64,000 nucleotides of DNA from Eledone cirrhosa (Eukaryota), in assembly GCA_964016885.1 (NCBI GenBank), contig OZ024743.1, positions 378,634,001 to 378,698,000 of the forward strand, read 5' to 3'. Below the pieces are notes generated by a model that did not search any database, was not told the origin of the DNA, and worked only from the letters and a program-made list of their open reading frames with translations. Every line of letters begins with the position of its first letter. The first letter of the stretch is position 1. Both the position numbers and the translations under genes were made by a program. Of this stretch, positions 63,234-64,000 are shown piece after piece.

Positions 63234-63837
63234 CTGTAATAGAAAATATTTTTTCCTGTTTAATATCTTCAGCAAAGCAATCTGGTTTGGTTTGGGTTTT
63301 TATTATATTTATTTATACAATAATCGAACATGCTGCCTGATATTTCCCATTATATCACAAAAATTGGATTATGAGTGATCTATTAATATGCCGTGTGTAA
63401 TCACTGAATTAAATGTTTAGTTACTATATATCTACCAAGAATATACTGCTTTTGTGTTTTCATTATCAAAATAATCAATGATTATGATAGGTTTAGTGAA
63501 ATATCTAACTTTTTAACTTTCAACAAAAGTCAAATATCTATCTACTGAAATTTAATACTACCTGTCATGTAATAATGAGATTTCAGCCCAAGGTTTAAAT
63601 TTAAAATTGAACACTTTAATAGACGTAGTTTTGGGTTGGTTGGTATTTGAAGGTTAAATAACAAATTGATATAAGAACTTAAGAAAGAAAAATGAATGCT
63701 TATAGCTAACAGACCATAGAATTCTAGCTTGAAAATGACGCATCCAATTGTTACCAGTGTGGAAAGAATGGATGTAAAACTGATGATGATAATAAATAAT
63801 AAACACTGGTAATTGAGTATCTAGTTTAGAATAGACA

Positions 63838-63952
63838 CACTGTTTCCCTACATCTTCTAAGAAGTGACTAAAAGTGCTGTGGTAACTGTGTATCCAATTT
63901 AGAATAGGACACTGTTTCCCTACGTGTTGTAAGAAGTGACTAAAAGTGTTGA
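63838..63952. repeat. ~45-bp direct repeat, two copies ~72 bp apart
   Basis: cactgtttccctac(a/g)t.tt.taagaagtgactaaaagtg.tg at ~63838 and ~63910. Confidence 0.75.
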
Positions 63953-64000
63953 TGTCACGACTTTGTGAAAAACTTAACTTGGCTGAGATTTTTACATTAA

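Noticed and set aside
63051-63275. Single-exon 74-aa ORF as called
   Set aside because: Only 63128-63233 is ELO-like and bounded by splice sites; the rest is intron read-through. The same applies to the first 11 codons of ORF 15096-15401.

Overview
AT-rich animal genomic DNA packed with repeats. The (TA)n/(GAT)n microsatellites, RTE and CR1-type LINEs and tRNA-derived SINEs suggest a cephalopod such as octopus; that assignment is inference only. The one host gene is a minus-strand fatty-acid elongase of the ELOVL1/7 type. Its last three coding exons are at 63128-63233 (HVFHH motif), 16185-16321 and 15096-15368, with canonical phase-compatible GT-AG junctions. The 46.8-kb intron 16322-63127 is about 84% filled by one ~39.5-kb tandem array of a 67-bp monomer (~590 copies) that has internal higher-order duplications. 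A diverged 65-bp relative of the monomer, with an inversion hairpin, lies 2.5 kb to its left. The first 23 kb is nested, decayed mobile elements: two RTE subfamilies carrying a PHD-like C4HC3 finger, a CR1-type LINE, SINEs with TSDs, and MITE-like foldbacks. The least obvious signal is two ~270-bp elements embedded in (TA)n, each carrying a minimal type I hammerhead ribozyme (10493-10559 and 21053-21117). Their stem II sequences differ almost completely but covary. No rRNA, genuine tRNA or CRISPR array was seen. All ORFs called inside the satellite are artefacts.
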